A stretch of 63,028 bases of DNA, the filler included, from Rhabdomonas costata (taxonomy: Eukaryota): assembly GCA_019059605.1 (NCBI GenBank). It is 56 parts of 56 records of this genome, joined end to end, with 100 filler letters (N's around TTAATTAATTAA, not from the genome) between each part and the next. Parts side by side here need not be neighbours in the genome. Positions count along the whole stretch, not along the records: positions 62,002 to 63,028 come from JAHMHO010032745.1; 55 more parts are not named here. The stretch is one strand, 5' to 3'. The notes beneath the pieces were generated by a model. It had not been told where the DNA came from. It was given only the letters and a program-made list of their open reading frames with translations, and did not search any database. This document shows positions 61,902 through 63,028 of the stretch, in pieces. Position 1 is the stretch's first letter. Each line of letters opens with the position of its first letter. The position numbers were made by a program, and so were the translations under genes.

Positions 61902-62001
61902 NNNNNNNNNNNNNNNNNNNNNNNNNNNNNNNNNNNNNNNNNNNNTTAATTAATTAANNNNNNNNNNNNNNNNNNNNNNNNNNNNNNNNNNNNNNNNNNN
62001 N

Positions 62002-62144
62002 CCAAACCCGTATGCAGATTCCTCCGCGGCCGCGGATGTCATCCAAGCCACGATGCTCCCCGTGAACTCCTCCTTCTCACTCGACCGTGAAACCCTGAGG
62101 AGCTTATCCACGCAGCTGCAGGACCAAGCGCTCGGATCCTTCAG
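62002..62144 (+). CDS. Possible exon, unknown protein
   Basis: Open GC3-rich frame SSAAADVIQATMLPV...ALGSF ending CAG|gcatgt (possible GC donor). Confidence 0.35.
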
Positions 62145-63028
62145 GCATGTTCCCTTTGAGTTGCCCGCAAACTTCCCTCCTTGCTGTTTCTGGGGACCTT
62201 TCACATCTGTTATTTATCTGTAGTAACTATAGTAACTGTAGTCTCTTCTGCCGATCTCGGGATTCTCATCAGCTGTCGCCGGGAAGGGGGGATGGCAGGG
62301 TCCCTTTTTTAGCTGGAAGTGTCACATGCCACCCACATCGGATTGGAGCCCAAGATCAATGAACCAGACATCGACATCGAACTCGACTGACAGCTGGTGC
62401 GGCTCACATTGGTGGAACTGTAGTCCATTTTAGGTGAGTTGGCTGGCTCTAAATCCATGTTTACGCCGAGATTTCTCATTCAAGGTCGCCATTTTCGGCT
62501 TTTGACCTAAATCGGTGAAAAGTAGAAGAAAGAAAGAAAAACACCGTATAAGAATCATTGGGCCGTGGGTGTATGAAAAAAGCCACTGTAATGTGCTGTC
62601 ACATCCCAGTATTTGTCATTTTTTCCACTTTGGTGACCTCCTGTGTCAATACGTGTCACTGTGAATCTGCAATTTGATAGTTTGATGCGTTCTCTGTATA
62701 GTGCGTTTTTGGTTGTGAAACATCTTGTTTCCTGCGGAAACGCCCATTTCCTTCCCACCACATAAGATAGAGTGCCAAAACATTACTTATCACTGTTGCT
62801 CACAAGCGCGTAAGATGTGACGTCATTTCCGGTTCGCATTGGAATGGGAGGGAGGTTATCCACAAAAATATAAAATGATTGTTGGAATTAGTGGAAAGTT
62901 AGAAAGTGCATTTTGTTTGTATGTTCCGTGCTGTTGGGGTAGCCGTTTGTATTTTGCAATTGGCGGCGCAAACATGTATGTGGCATAAAATTCTCTGTAA
63001 CCGTGTATGTAACTTTTGTCCCAAAACC

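Noticed and set aside
1028-62001. Periodic TTAATTAATTAA with ~1.1 kb period, superficially an array of repeats and spacers
   Set aside because: Flanked by fixed 44-N runs; an assembly concatenation linker, not CRISPR or a biological repeat.
684-62761. Most ORF-track entries, including those ending in X...LIN
   Set aside because: Intronic or antisense open frames, or run-ins to the spacer, with no motif or splice support.

Overview
This is not a contiguous locus. It is about 56 unrelated contigs of roughly 1,027-1,032 bp, apparently size-sorted, joined by a 100-bp artificial spacer (N44-TTAATTAATTAA-N44, stops in all six frames), so adjacency across spacers has no biological meaning. Contig ends carry G/T-only leaders and A/C-only tails resembling GenomePlex/PicoPLEX-type whole-genome-amplification primer remnants, and seven contig ends have fold-back inversions. 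The DNA is nuclear genome of an intron-rich eukaryote with GC3-rich exons, GT-AG (occasionally GC-AG) introns and degenerate donors; the gene mix suggests a euglenozoan, probably a euglenid (inference only). Recognisable exon fragments include a CaMK-type kinase, family-A DNA polymerase (Pol theta-like), importin-5-like, DnaJ, SLC38-like transporter, cytosolic IleRS, histidine kinase, ISWI, EF-hand, WWE, ankyrin and receptor-cyclase pieces. Mobile DNA includes decayed Ty3/gypsy gag, protease and dUTPase-pol fragments, a retroelement-type N6-adenine methyltransferase remnant, a Tc1/mariner remnant and a two-copy ~0.8-0.9 kb repeat. Best leads: (1) a secreted chagasin/I42 inhibitor domain fused to a papain-family protease; (2) a spliced SIR2-like (SIR2_2/immune-type) gene missed by the ORF track; (3) a dUTPase-bearing gypsy lineage with a dUTPase-less relative; (4) a pair of paralogous box C/D snoRNAs in a probable snoRNA cluster; (5) a bacterial-type M61 peptidase with a lipobox-like signal. 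Product calls come from motif recognition by eye, not from database searches.
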